Origin: Haliotis cracherodii
Taxonomy: Eukaryota
DNA: 64,000 nucleotides
NCBI RefSeq assembly: GCF_022045235.1
Contig: NW_027266265.1
Coordinates: 36,456,001-36,520,000, forward strand
Reading direction: 5' to 3'
Within the stretch, counting starts at the first letter, position 1. Every line of letters begins with the position of its first letter. The notes under the pieces are model-generated. The model was not told where the DNA came from and searched no databases. It saw only the letters and a program-made list of their open reading frames with translations. Shown piece after piece: positions 1 through 12,300 of the stretch. The position numbers and the translations under genes were made by a program.

Positions 1-645
1 CAGTATCTGCTACTGTGTGAGAGAGGCTGGTTTAGGTGAGACATATATGTCCGTCAGTATCTGCTACTGTCTGATATAGGCTGGTGTAGGTGAGACATGT
101 AGGTCCGTCAGTATCTGCTACTGTCTGATATAGGCTGGTGTAGGTGAGACATGTAGATCGTCAGTATCTGCTACTGTCTGATATAGGCTGGTGTAGGTGA
201 GACATGTAGGTCCGTAAGTGTCTGCTACTGTCTGATATAGGCTGGTGTAGGTGAGACATGTAGGTTCGTCAGTATCTGCTACTGTCTGAGAGAGGCTGGT
301 GTAGGTGAGACATGTAGGTCCGTCAGTGTCTGCTACTGTCTGATATAGGCTGGTGTAGGTGAGACATGTAGGTCCGTCAGTATCTGCTACTGTCTGAGAG
401 AGGCTGGTGAAGGTGAGACATGTAGGTCTGTCAGTATCTGCTACTGTCTGAGAGAGACTGGTGTAGGTGAGACATGTAGGTCCGTCAGTGTCTGCTACTG
501 TCTGAGAGAGACTGGTGTAGGTGAGACATGTAGGTCCGTCAGTATCTGCTACTGTCTGAGAGAGGCTGGTGAAGGTGAGACATGTAGGTCTGTCAGTATC
601 TGCTACTGTCTGAGAGAGACTGGTGTAGGTGAGACATGTAGGTCT
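1..645. repeat. 54-bp minisatellite, ~12 copies, truncated by window start
   Basis: Unit CAGTATCTGCTACTGTCTGA(T/G)A(T/G)AGGCTGGTGTAGGTGAGACATGTAGGTCCGT recurs at 1, 55, 109...; explains ORF 118..735. Confidence 0.95.
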
Positions 646-893
646 CATCTGAGAGAGGCCAGGAAGTTTAGAAGCTTTGGTCTCAAATAAACTTTTTAAC
701 CAAATGTGACGAAAATTAAGAATTCCTTTCTTCAAAGTCCTGTGATGCTTTAGAGAATCTCACCCGAGTGTCTTTTGATATCAATGTCAATAAAAGTTTG
801 AAAAAAACAAACAAGGAATTATTTTGCAGCCACCATATTATCAGTATAAGACATTGACATCAGTAATGACCTGTGATCCTCTCTCATTGACAG

Positions 894-3800
894 AGCCTGG
901 ACACTCAGCTGCTGCAGAAGGTTCTCAACATATACCTCAGCTTGTGCCGCGCCATCAACCCAACAAGGCACCTCCAGATGATCTTCAGGGGCCTCTGTGG
1001 CCGCATCAGTAAGGTAAGGCATCAGCCACACCAGACACCTCCAGATGATCTTCAGGGGCCTCTGTGGCCGGATCAGTAAGGTAAGCCATCAGCCGCACCT
1101 GACACCTCCAGATGATCTTCAGGGGACTCTGTGGACGCATCAGTAAGGTAAGCCGTCACCAGATACATCCAGATGATCTTCAGGGCCCTCTGTGGACGCA
1201 TCAGTAAGGTAAGCCATCAGCCACACCAGACACCTCCAGATGATCTTCAGGGGACTCTGTGGATGCATCAGTAAGGTAAGCCATCACCAGACACCTACAG
1301 ATGATCTTCAGGGCCCTCTGTGGACGCATCAGTAAGGTAAGCCATCAGCCACACCAGACACCTCCAGATGATCTTCAGGGGACTCTGTGGACGCATCAGT
1401 AAGGTAAGCCATCAGCCACACCAGACACCTCCAGATGATCTTCAGGGAACTCTGTGGACGCATCAGTAAGGTAAGCCATCACCAGACACCTCCAGATGAT
1501 CTTCAGGGCCCTCTGTGGACGCATCAGTAAGGTAAGCCATCAGCCACAACAGACACCTCCAGATGATCTTCAGGGAACTCTGTGGACGCATCAGTAAGGT
1601 AAGCCATCAGCTCCACCTGACACCTCCAGATGATCTTCAGGGCCCTCTGTGGACGCATCAGTAAGGTAAGCCATCAGCCACACCAGACACCTCCAGATGA
1701 TCTTCAGGGAACTCTGTGGACGCATCAGTAAGGTAAGCCATCAGCCACACCAGACACCTCCAGATGATCTTCAGGGCCCCTTCTGGATGCATCAGTAAGG
1801 TAAGCCATCAGCTCCACCAGACACCTCCAGATGATCTTCAGGGCCCCTTCTGGACGCATCAGTAAGGTAAGCCATCAGCTCCACCAGACACCTCCAGATG
1901 ATCTTCAGGGCCCTTTCTGGACGCATCGGTAATTCAAGCCATCAGCCTCACCAGACACATCCAGATGATCTTCAGGGCCCTCTGTGGACGCATCAGTAAG
2001 GTAAGCCATCAGCCGCACCAGACACCTCCAGATGATCTTCAGGGGCCTCTGTGGCCAGATCAGTAAGATAAGCCATCATCCTCACCAGACACCTCCAGAT
2101 GATCTTAAGGGGAACTATCAGCTTGCTTCTCGAACTTAATCAACAATTTTCATGATTCCACACCTGTTCCTTGTGCTCTTACCTTTACATAAGTACACCT
2201 GCCACTTGATCTGATGAACATACTGCCAAGATTTCCAGGGATAAGGCTCCCAACAATGTGGCCAAGATGTCATGTTTCTTTCACCAACACATGTTCTTTG
2301 TTCCAGTCTTCCAGCCTGCATGAAAGCCTGGACCTGTCTCCTCGCCCCGACCAGGATGTCTCCTTGTTGTGGCAGGAGTCACCGATGTTGCTGTGTGCTG
2401 AAGAGCCAATCAAGGCCGACCTAGAGGAGGAGGAAGATATATTTGCAGGTATACTTACCTCATCAAACGATGTATCACTTATTCAGGGATGTGTTCATAC
2501 AAGTTTAGTTGTAAGTGTTTTGAGGTGAAAAGGGTTTTAACGTAAGATTATTGCACTTATATAGCAAAGTGTTTTTATTTGTTGAAAGCTGGGACTGGCA
2601 AAGATTAGCGGGGATTTTTACCCCTAGTTTCAAAAGCTAAGGGGAACACTGATAAATCGGTTAAAATCAAGGACTGGTCGGCTCATGGTCAGTATAGACC
2701 GCCTCCGTGGTCTTGTGGTAGAGCGTCCGCCCGGAGAGCGGAAGGTCCAGGGTTCGATCCCGGGCCGCGTCATACAAAAAGACGTTAAAAGATTGTACTT
2801 GTTGTTACCCTGTCTGGCGCTCGGCATTAAGGGGCTAAAACAAGGACTGGTCGGCTCGGAGTCAGTATACTGTGTCTGAGTGGGGTATTCGTGTTAAACT
2901 GCGGCATGGTATCTCAGTGAGCTAGCACTATAAATCGGCATCAGTCCGGACTAGTACAAGCAGCCACACACACACATACACGTGCATGCACGTCGCTATA
3001 TAAGTGCAATAATCTTGGACGCGACGTTAAACCCAATTTCACCTCACCTCATGGTCAGTATACTGTGTCTAGTACAAACAGACATGGGCATACACACAGG
3101 CACATTGCTGTATAAGTGCAATAGGTCTGAACGCAATGTTGAAACCTATTTCATCTCAACTCACCTAATCAGTATGATACTTGAGTAATGACGTTTGAAT
3201 ACTTTTGTGTTTCAGGTGGTGACCTGCCAGCCTTCTACGCGGAATGCCTTTCACTGAATGTGAGCAATACAAGCGGTCAGTTGAGTCTGTCTGGGAGACA
3301 ACGGACCGTGAGCACCCAGAGTGAGGGGGGTGAGGCACGGGAGACTGAAGGGGGTCAGGACAAAGGGGAGGAATCTGATGACTGGGACAGTTGGAGTGAT
3401 GATGATCAGGTGAGCACCAAGATTGAGTGGGGAGGGTGAACGGGAACTTGTAATGAAGACAGGATGGTGAAGGGAGGAGGCTGGATGGTGAAGGGAGGAG
3501 ACTGGGTGGTGAAGGGGAGACTGGGTGGTAAAGGGGAGACTTGGTGGTGAAGGGGAGGGGAGACTGGATGTTGAAGGGGAGACTGGGTGGTAAAGGGGAG
3601 ACTGGGTGTTGAAGGGGAGGGGGAGACTGGGTGGTGAAGGGGAGGGAAGACTGGATGTTGAAGGGGAGACTGGATGGTGAAGGGGAGACTGGGTGTTGAA
3701 GGGGAGGGGGAGACTGGGTGGTAAAGGGGAGACTGGGTGTTGAAGGGGAGGGGGAGACTGGGTGGTGAAGGGGAGGGGAGACTGGATGTTGAAGGGGAGA

Positions 3801-5225
3801 CTGGATGGTGAAGGGGAGACTGGGTGTTGAAAGGGAGGGGGAGACTGGATGTTGAAGGGGAGACTGGGTGGTGAAGGGGACTGGGTGTTGAAGGGAAGGG
3901 GGAGACTGGATGTTGAAGGGGATACAGGGTGGTGAAGGGGAGACTGGATGGTGAAGGCAAGACTGGATGGTGAAGGCAAGACTGGGTGGTGAAGGGGAGG
4001 GGGAGACTGGATGGTAAAGGGGGAGACTGGATGGTGAAGGGGGAGACTGGATGGTGAAGGCAAGCCTTGATGTGAAGGGGAGACTGGATGGTGAAGGCAA
4101 GACTGGATGGTGAAGGCAAGACTGGATGGTGAAGGGGGAGACTGGATGGTGAAGGGGAGACTGGATGGTGAAGGGAAGGCAAGACTGGATGGTGAAGGCA
4201 AGACTGGATGGTGAAGGGGGGGACTGGATGGTGAAGGCAAGACTGGATGGTGAAGGGGAGGGGGGAGACTGGATGGTGAAGGGGAGGGGGAGACTGGATG
4301 ATGGAGGGGAGGGGGAGACTGGATTATGGAGGGGGCACATGCAAGGGAGGCAGGATGGGTGATGAGCATGACTAAAGATTAAATCTTGTATTATGATCAA
4401 TTTGTTATTTCACATCACTCTGATTGCTTCTGTTTGTTGTCCAGGATGATGCTTCAGTCATTGAGATGTTTTCTACGTTCCTGCACCAGCTGAAGTTGTC
4501 CCTGGGGCAAGGTAAGAACATGGATTATAGTAAAATAAATCAGGTGTTCTTTAACTCTTTTTTCTAAGCTATGAAATACTTTGGAATGTTCGTTTCTGTG
4601 CATAAATGGATGTTTTGTCTTCTTTCTAATATGATTGTTCATAAATTGCCGTCCGTTGATTCTGGGTTAGAGTAGGTCCACAAAAACATGTGATGGTCGT
4701 CAAAGTCAACTTGAGGGATCCAGTGGTCAAGCTCAGTGACTTCAACATAAAGCAACAGTGTGGATCGTTGCTCATAACATGTAACACTGGATTGTCTGGT
4801 CCAGACTTCATTATTCACAGGCCGTCATAAAGTTGAAATATTGCTGCATTAAACAACAAACGAAAAAAAAAAAAATGAATGAACATGGTCAGTAAGATGT
4901 GTAGGTTTTATTTCAAGCTTTTGTAGGGGTGGTCTGGTAGCCTAGTGGTTAAAGCATTTGCTCGTCACGCCGAAGAACCGGGTTCGATTCCCGACATGGG
5001 TACAATATGTGAAGCCCATTTCTGGTGTCCCCTGCCGTGATATTGCCGGAATATTGCTAAAAGCGGTGTAAAACCATACTCACTCACTCACTCACTCAAG
5101 CTTTTGTCACCCATGATTATACGAATACTTTATGCTCAACAGGCGCCGCATCAATATTTGACGGGGAAGTGATGCTGCTTGATGAAGAAGAGAGAAGATT
5201 GATTAACCGCTTAGTGTCTGATTGA
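894..5225 (+). CDS. 3' part of an unidentified multi-exon gene; exons 894-1013, 2307-2448, 3216-3409, 4445-4511, 5143-5225 (TGA)
   Basis: All junctions GT-AG with matching phases (0,1,0,1). Joined frame is open: SLDTQLLQKVLNIYLSLCRAINPTRHLQMIFRGLCGRISK/SSSLHESLD...EEEEDIFA/GGDLPAFYAEC...ESDDWDSWSDDDQ/DDASVIEMFSTFLHQLKLSLGQ/GAASIFDGEVMLLDEEERRLINRLVSD*. 5' exons lie outside the window; family not recognised. Confidence 0.8.
969..2110 (+). repeat. ~61-67-bp minisatellite (~17 copies) built from an exon 3' end plus its splice donor
   Basis: Unit CACCTCCAGATGATCTTCAGGG..CTCTGTGGACGCATCAGTAAG|GTAAGCCATCAGCCACACCAGA; the first copy overlaps exon 894-1013. Confidence 0.95.
2697..3047 (+). mobile_element. 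SINE family B (tRNA head + Meta-domain-like body, MetaSINE-like)
   Basis: A/B-box head, GTCATACAAAAAGACGTTAAAAGA..GGCGCTCGGCATTAAGGGG body, (ACCTC)n tail; 15-bp TSD CTCATGGTCAGTATA (2682-2696 / 3048-3062); nested in an older related copy. Confidence 0.85.
3460..4360. repeat. G-rich intronic minisatellite (GACTGG(A/G)TG(G/T)TGAAGGGGA, ~17-23-bp units)
   Basis: Directly visible; produces the Pro/Ser-rich ORFs at 3165..4400. Confidence 0.95.
4926..5095 (+). mobile_element. SINE family A (tRNA-Asp-like head, ~170 bp, (ACTC)n tail)
   Basis: GGTAGCCTAGTGG A box, GGGTTCGATTCCC B box, GTC anticodon-like loop; TSD TCAAGCTTTTGT (4913-4924 / 5096-5107). Confidence 0.9.
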
Positions 5226-5907
5226 TGACAGCTTGAAGTGTCAGTTTCGTCAAGTGTAATTACAAGAGGAGGAAGTGTGGATTCATGTCTGAATGTCTAC
5301 TCTCTGTTACATGGATATTTTTATTTAAATGACTCATTATCAAATATAGTTTCGTACTTGATATTTCCATTTGTTGGGTCAGTAGTCGTTAGTTTCCATG
5401 TGCTTTGTAAGCTGTTTTGTTTTTTAATTATAATCAGGTCCTCGTTTCATAAAGCAATTATAGCGTGACGATGATCATTAGTCTATGTTTAAGTTTGGAG
5501 TTACGATCATCGTAGCGCAGTGATGGCTGTGTGTTACAGGTCGCTGATCGACAAGTGTCCTACTGAGAGGGGAGACCATGAATCTAACAATGTGCCACAA
5601 ATTACACAACATTTGAAATACAATTTGCCTGGAAAAGGCATGAATTACCTCTAACTGGAAATTTCCAGATTAAAAAGCCATTTTTGAATATTTGTTTACT
5701 GCAGTAATTTTCTCTTGATTACTTTTGGTTTTCAATGTTACTTTCTCATATTAATATACTACCTGTGAAGCTCTGGGGTAGAATAGGTCTTCAGCAACTC
5801 ATGCTTGACGTAGTGGCTCACTATGGCTCACTAAATATGTCTCCTATCTAAACTGCCTGGCAAAAGAATACACAGTCATGTTTGTTAGTGGCTTCAAATG
5901 AAACAAG

Positions 5908-6170
5908 ACCCCTGAAGATCCTGGGTAGATCTCCCCATCTCCCATGCTTGCTGAAAAGGTGACTATGCTTGTCTTAAGAGGCTGCTAACGGGATCGGGTG
6001 TTAGGCCTGCTGACTTGGTTGATGCATGTCATCGTATCCAAATTGCATGGTTCGATGCTCATGATGTCAATCCCTTTATTGTCTGGTCCAGACTTGATTA
6101 TTTACAGACTGCTGCCATATAGCTGGAATACTGCTGAGGGCGGCGTCAAACAAACAAAAAACAAACAAAC
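5908..6170 (+). mobile_element. Short retroposon family D (no tRNA head), diverged copy
   Basis: Matches family consensus GACCCGTGAAGATCC...GGCGTTAAAC(AAAC)n. Confidence 0.8.
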
Positions 6171-6409
6171 ATAATGACATACAGGGACCTAAGTCGATGT
6201 CTAATGACATGATCAGGGGTTGACACACCTTTGGCCAAATCCAACTAGTTCGCCGCTCATTTTGAATTAGCTGTTTATGTCAAATAGCTCGAGTTTGGAA
6301 AGTAACTAGCCTCTCTGGAGTTTCCCTTGCCTCGAACTGTCTACGCTTGTGATTTGTGATAATTATTTCACTACCTTTTCACTTAATTCCTTTGCATCAT
6401 TGCATCATT

Positions 6410-6575
6410 GGGCGGTCGGGTAGCCCAGTGGTTAAAGCGTTTGCTCGTCACGCCGAAGACCAGGGTTTGATTCCCGACATGGGTACAATGTGTGAAGCCC
6501 ATTTCTGGTGTCCCCCGCCGTGATATTGCTGGAATATTGCTAAAAGCGGTGTAAAACCAAACTCACTCACTCACT
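6410..6575 (+). mobile_element. SINE family A
   Basis: TSD CATTGCATCAT; the empty site is visible in the paralogous segment near 8352-8375. Confidence 0.9.
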
Positions 6576-6639
6576 CATTGCATCATACCGAGGAGAGCTG
6601 TGTCCCTTGGGCATGCCAGAAACCTAAGATCATGAATTC

Positions 6640-6930
6640 GGGGGCGTGGGTGGCTCAAATGTCTAAGTTGTCTAAGGCACCGCGATTCGCTGTGCAGAGT
6701 TGCGTCCCTTTGGCACGCCAAAAACCTATGATTGTGGGTTCGAATCCCAGTTTGCCCCAATTATGTTTCTAGGTTTGTCAGCACCATACCGGTGCTTGTG
6801 GGGTTCATCGAATGGTAAACGTCTTGAGACCTGCATCACTTTGGGCTTTCCTCCAACACTAAGCTAACACGCTGTGATATAACTGGAATACTGTTAAAAA
6901 CGGCGTTAAACCCAACTCACTCACTCACTT
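6640..6930 (+). mobile_element. SINE family C (tRNA-Leu-like split head, V-SINE/RUDI-like tail)
   Basis: GGTGGC..GTCTAAGGC and GGGTTCGAATCCC boxes; tail TTCCTCC..AAGCT..CGCTGTGATATAACTGGAATACTGTTAAAAACGGCGTTAAAC(ACTC)n. Confidence 0.8.
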
Positions 6931-7574
6931 ACCATACCCCATTTCACCTCACCTCACCTCAGGGTGATTATAAGCTGACCGCCGTGATATGACTGAAATA
7001 CCGTTCAAAGCGGTCAACGCACTCATTCTTTGCATTATATGACTTGACTGTATACTTGTGATATGGAGAAACATACATTTAGGAAAAAAACCAGCTTTTC
7101 AGCTGGTGTCGGTTGTGTTATATATGTGACTGCCTCCGTGATCACCCATGTTACATATATATACAAAAATGAGATCAGTGTCATGTGTAGAAATTTCCAT
7201 AAGGTATATGGAAGCTCGGAATATGTGAAGATATTGATTGGATGGTGGTTGACTTGTTTCCTGGTGTGTATCTGTGGAGACGCATGCCATTCAAATGTGA
7301 AAAAAACATATCAATTTATCTTTTTGTTCCTTTGTTTGTTGTGTTCAGCAAATCTGTAGAACCTCCATGAAAAGTGTTGATTTTAATCATCAAAGGGAAC
7401 AGTATTTCTTATTTTGCAAGTTTAATTTACTAGTTTTTACATGCTCAAAATATTTATTTTGTATTGATTTACAATTTGTCATGGCATTGTGTTTGTATGA
7501 TGTTATTTCTGAGTGATCTTATTGAAGTTATGTTAAAATCTTGTTATGTTAGGGACTGACATTTGGGGTCGCTG

Positions 7575-7605
<31 letters not shown>

Positions 7606-8028
7606 GGAGATGGGGGGATGCAGGGATTTTTCCCCTAAAATATATTGTCCCAGAAAATTCTTAAAAATAATGTCTATGCTTCAGACCGTTAAAAAAGAAG
7701 ACTTCTCTGTTAGATCAATTACATTGTTGCAAGGTGTTTTTCTCAAGAAGATAATCAGGATCATAGTTTTAATTCAATAATATCTGGTTTTGCAGCTGTA
7801 GCTAAGAAATTATTTTAGGCTAAAAACATATTAGTCTTGGTTCTCAGGCACCGCCCCCACCATCAGAAAGTCCGCCACATGTTTTTTTTTTATTTCCATT
7901 TTCAAAATAAATATGAAAATCCTAATACTTAAAAACAATGCGATCCAATAAAGCAATCCCTTTACATGAACACTGCTTCCTCCTCTTAAGGTCAATGCAG
8001 CAATAGGAATTTGTATGCTTGTTTATGT

Positions 8029-9021
8029 AGGGAGGCTCTTTCCCAGGTTGATGGTACACAACTGTTTATTTGGTTACATACTAGTTCTCCAGACAAAATC
8101 CCAGCACCCCCTCCAAGAATGTCAAATAGTCATTCTCTTACTCTATCCGTCCAAATTAACAATGATATACTGCTGTGACACTCATGTTGTGTTATACTGT
8201 ACACTAAATGTCTGTGAATAAAATACTTGAAACTGTGATTTTGTCATTCTTCTATAAGCCCTCCTGGAATTTCCCTTGCCTCAGACTGTCTACGCTTGTG
8301 ATTTGTGACTTAAATGGCGATAATTATTTCACTACCTTTTCACTTGCTTCCTTTGCATCATTGCATCATACTGAGGAGAGTTGTGTCCCTTGGGCATGCC
8401 AGAAACCTAAGATCATCAGTTTGAATCCCAGTTAAGCCCAATTATGTTTCTACAAGGTTTTTCAGCACCTCCTGTGCTTGTGGAGTTCATCGAAGTAGTG
8501 GGGCGGTTGGGTAGCCTAGTGGTTAACGCGTTCACCCGTCACACTGAAGACCCGGGTTCGATTCCCGACATGGGTACAATGTGTGAAGCCCATTTCTGGT
8601 GTCCCCCACCATGATATTGCTGGAATATTGCTTAAAGCGGCGTAAAACCATACTCACTCATTCACTCACTCACTCATCAAAGTGGTAAACGTATGAAGGG
8701 AGGCTCTTTCCCAGGTTGATGGTACACGACTGTTTATTTGGTTACATACTAGTTTGGACAAAAATACAAAAAAACTACCGGCCACCCGCACTATATTTAC
8801 AAAAAGTTGTTGCCTGAAAACCAATTCTTTTATTTCTTAGGCCTAATCTCCAGACAAAATCCCAGCACCCCCTCCAAGAATGTCAAATAGTCATTCTCTT
8901 ACTCTATCCGTCCAAATTAACAATGATATACTGTAACAGTTGTGACACTCATGTTGTGTTATACTGAACACTAAACGTCTGTGAATAAAATACTTGAAAC
9001 TGTGATTTTGTCATTCTTCTA
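8029..9021 (+). repeat. Direct duplication of ~220 bp (8029-8253 and 8698-9021), each copy with AATAAA
   Basis: GGGAGGCTCTTTCCCAGG...GAATAAAATACTTGAAACTGTGATTTTGTCATTCTTCTAT occurs twice; the second copy has a ~90-bp insert. Confidence 0.9.
8500..8674 (+). mobile_element. SINE family A nested in a family C copy
   Basis: Consensus match; imperfect TSD TCATC(G/A)AAGT(A/G)GT. Confidence 0.85.
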
Positions 9022-9391
9022 TTGTCAACTCACTCACTCACTCACCTTTAGGTTATTACAACTTTTGTCTTATTGCTAATTTATCAAAACTTAAGCCTTG
9101 TTTCGGGAAATATATCTTCAAACTTTGTCATCATGCAGCGCCTCTCAATCATACCAATCACCATTGCTATGCTAGCACCAGTCTCACAAATGACAGATGT
9201 CTTGTATGTATATGTGTGTGTGTATATATATGAGTATGTCGTAATATAACTATCCAAACCTACCAGTGCACCAAATAATCCTGAACACAAAAAGCATTAA
9301 GACCGTTTGCTTTCATAACGTTAAGACGTCTTTATTTCAACAACTTAAACGATCGTATCTCCGCAATACAGGCAGCCATCTTTGATCAGGG

Positions 9392-12300
9392 TCACTTGAC
9401 ATCTTGACTGATGTAGGTCACTTGCTCGATTGTGACTTCACTGCTAATGACCAACCGGTCTGTGTGGTAGGACGGGTAGGTGTTGCACTGTTCCCCAATG
9501 TATTCTCCGTCAACAATCACCTGTAATGACAAACACATTGATACTGACAACCATTTTCTGCTGCCAAACTCGGAGGAAAAGTGATTGAGTTGGGTTTAAC
9601 GCCTCTTTTAACAGTATTCCAGTTATATCGCGGCGTGTCAGCTTAATGTGGGAGGAAAGCCCAAAGTGATGCAGGTCTCAGACGTTTACCGCTTCGGTGA
9701 AACCCACGAGCACGGGTATGGTGCTGACAAGCCTAGAAACATAATCGGGGCGAACCGGGATTCGAACCCACAACCATAGGTTTTTTGGCGTGCCCAAGGG
9801 ACGCTCTGTACAGCGAATCGCGGCGCCGTAGACGACTGGGTCACCCGTGCCCCCCGGAGGAAAAGAGTGAGTTGAGGCCGCTTTGAACAGTATTTCAGTT
9901 ATATCGCGGCGTGTCAGCTCGATGGGCCAGGTACATCAAAAGTGCAGGTCTCAGGCGTTTAGCACTTTGAAGAAACCCACTAGCACGGGTATGGTGCTGA
10001 CAAACCTAGAAACATAACCGATGAATCGGGATTCGAAGCCACGATCATAGGTTTTTTGCCGTGCTCAAGGGACGCAACAGTCCACAGCGACGTGCAGTGC
10101 CTTAGACGACTGGGCCACCCGTGCTCCCGACCATGATCGATGCCCCAGAATCAACCGCAGACAAAACCAAGAAACATTATCAAAGCGACTCTGGGATTCG
10201 AACCGACGACCACAGGGAGAACGCCTAAAGGACAAGTTCGAGCACCCAGGGGATATATGTTGTTTTTGGGTTTTTTATTTGTTTTTTAACAAAAAATCAA
10301 TAATTGATTTGTCTACTCCAGATTCGATTATTTACAGATCACCATAATAAAACTGGAATGTTGCTGAGCTAGGCATGTTACAAACAAACACAGTTTTGCA
10401 GTTTGTTGGTCAATAAAGCGATCCGTGAGCGCTATAAGTCAGTATTAAATATGAAAGTTACGATCGTCCTAGCTCTAAGATCGCTTTGTTGAACAGGGCC
10501 CTTATGTTAACACTACTTGAAGTCACTCACTTGAAAGGTGTGTGCTTGTCGTACTACCCCCAGCCGGAACTGCTTCCCCAGCGTAAAGGGTTGTATGTTT
10601 AATAAACCCGATGACAGGTACACGTTCGCGTGGATGGATGAAGTGCTCGCGAAACGGACTTCCAAGTAGAACAGCCGAATGTCGTTGGAGATGAGAGTAA
10701 CCGTGAATCTGAATTAGAAAATATAAATATGAATTATGACAGCTAATTTTGTAATTATTATACTGCTGCCGTTAATAATGCAGGACATGTGACGTTATGC
10801 GTAACACGCACCGTTAATAATGCAGGACATGTGACGTTATGCGTAACACGCACCGTTAATAATGCAGGAAACGTGACGTTATGCGTAACACGCTCCGTTT
10901 ATAATGCAGGGAATGTGACGTTATACGTAACACGCTCCGTTAAAAATGCAGGGAATGTGACGTTATGCGTAGCACGCACCGTTAATAATGCAGAGGATGT
11001 GACGTTATGCGTAACACACTCCGTTAATAATGCAGAGGATGTGACGTTATGCGTTACACGTTCCGTTAATAATGCAGAGGATGTGACGTTATCCGTAACA
11101 CGCTCCGTAAATAATGCAGGGAATATGACGTTATCCTTTAAATGACACAGTGATCAGTATCTTCTCATTAAGCATACACTTAAAATGACACAATGATCAA
11201 TATGTTCACGTTAAACATGCACTTGAAATGACACAATGATCAATATGTCCATGTTAAACATGCACTTGAAATGACACAATGATCAATATATTCACGTTAA
11301 ACATGCACTTGAAATGACACAATGATCAATATGTTCACATTAAACATGCACTTGAAATGACACAATGATCAATATGTTCACGTTAAACATGAAATTGAAA
11401 TGACACAATGGATGACAATCGCCATTATTCAAGCATCACAATTATTTGTGAATGGCTACGCCAGTTTGTCACATACAAGCACACTATTAAATACGTTACA
11501 GGCGTAAATGCAATCACTGGAAACATACCTTGAGCGGACGGTTAGCGTGGCTATAATCTCGAGCGAGTACTGGTCAGTAATACCCCAGGGAAGTGACACA
11601 TCAAACTCCACTCCCTGTAAGTTGAAGGGTTAATTAACGTCATGTGATCAAATAACCAGTCAATACAAAATGACATTAACCCTTGAGACTGGGTCATATA
11701 TGACAGTACGACTGTGAAATATTATTTAGGGCAAGGCCAAGTGTACACTAACAATGTTTCGTCTTGATAAGTAGTCTGTTGTTAACTCAGTTACAAGATG
11801 TATGAGGGGGCACGGGTGGCCCAGTCGTCTATGCGATGTGCAGAGTTGCGTCCCTTGGGCAAGCCAGAAACCTATGATTGTGGGTTCGAATCCCGGTTCG
11901 CCCCGATAATGTTTCTAGGTTTCTCAGCACCATACCTGTGTTCGTGGGTTTCACCAAAGTGGTAAACGTCTGAGACCTGCATCACTTCGGGCTTTTCTCC
12001 CACATTAAGCTGACACGCCGTGATATACCTTGAATGCTGCTCAAAGCGGCGTTAAACTCAACTCACTCACTCACTCAGTCCCTTCAAGATGTATAATCAT
12101 ATGTACAACCTAAAAGTCCATATCACCATCATTGTTATCAAAGTTCATTCATCAAGGCATGTATATATATATCATCACAGTAGCTTTTGGCCCTAAGATT
12201 ACGTCTTAAAGTACTATATATGGCATAAGCCGCCATAATCAAATACATTGCGATATGTAGAGACGGGGCCCAGCTTAAGAAAGTAACAAGAGAGCTGGGG

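Noticed and set aside
118-735. 205-aa repetitive ORF on the - strand
   Set aside because: Translation of a 54-bp minisatellite, antisense to an intron of the + gene; no splice or domain support.
824-1012. ORF 824..1012 as the coding frame of this exon
   Set aside because: It stops just before the donor; the frame from the 894 acceptor stays open and joins the next exon in phase.
969-2110. Regularly spaced repeats as a CRISPR array
   Set aside because: No unique spacers, no cas genes, eukaryotic intron context; the same applies to the other tandem arrays.
3165-4400. Three long Pro/Ser/His-rich ORFs resembling extensins
   Set aside because: Open in several frames because the C-rich repeat strand lacks stops; lies in an intron of the + gene.
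4926-5000. tRNA genes at the heads of families A, B and C
   Set aside because: They have A/B boxes but poor acceptor stems and continue into SINE bodies with tails and TSDs.
7574-7603. Poly-G run giving a poly-Gly ORF
   Set aside because: Homopolymer in non-coding DNA; length may be unreliable.
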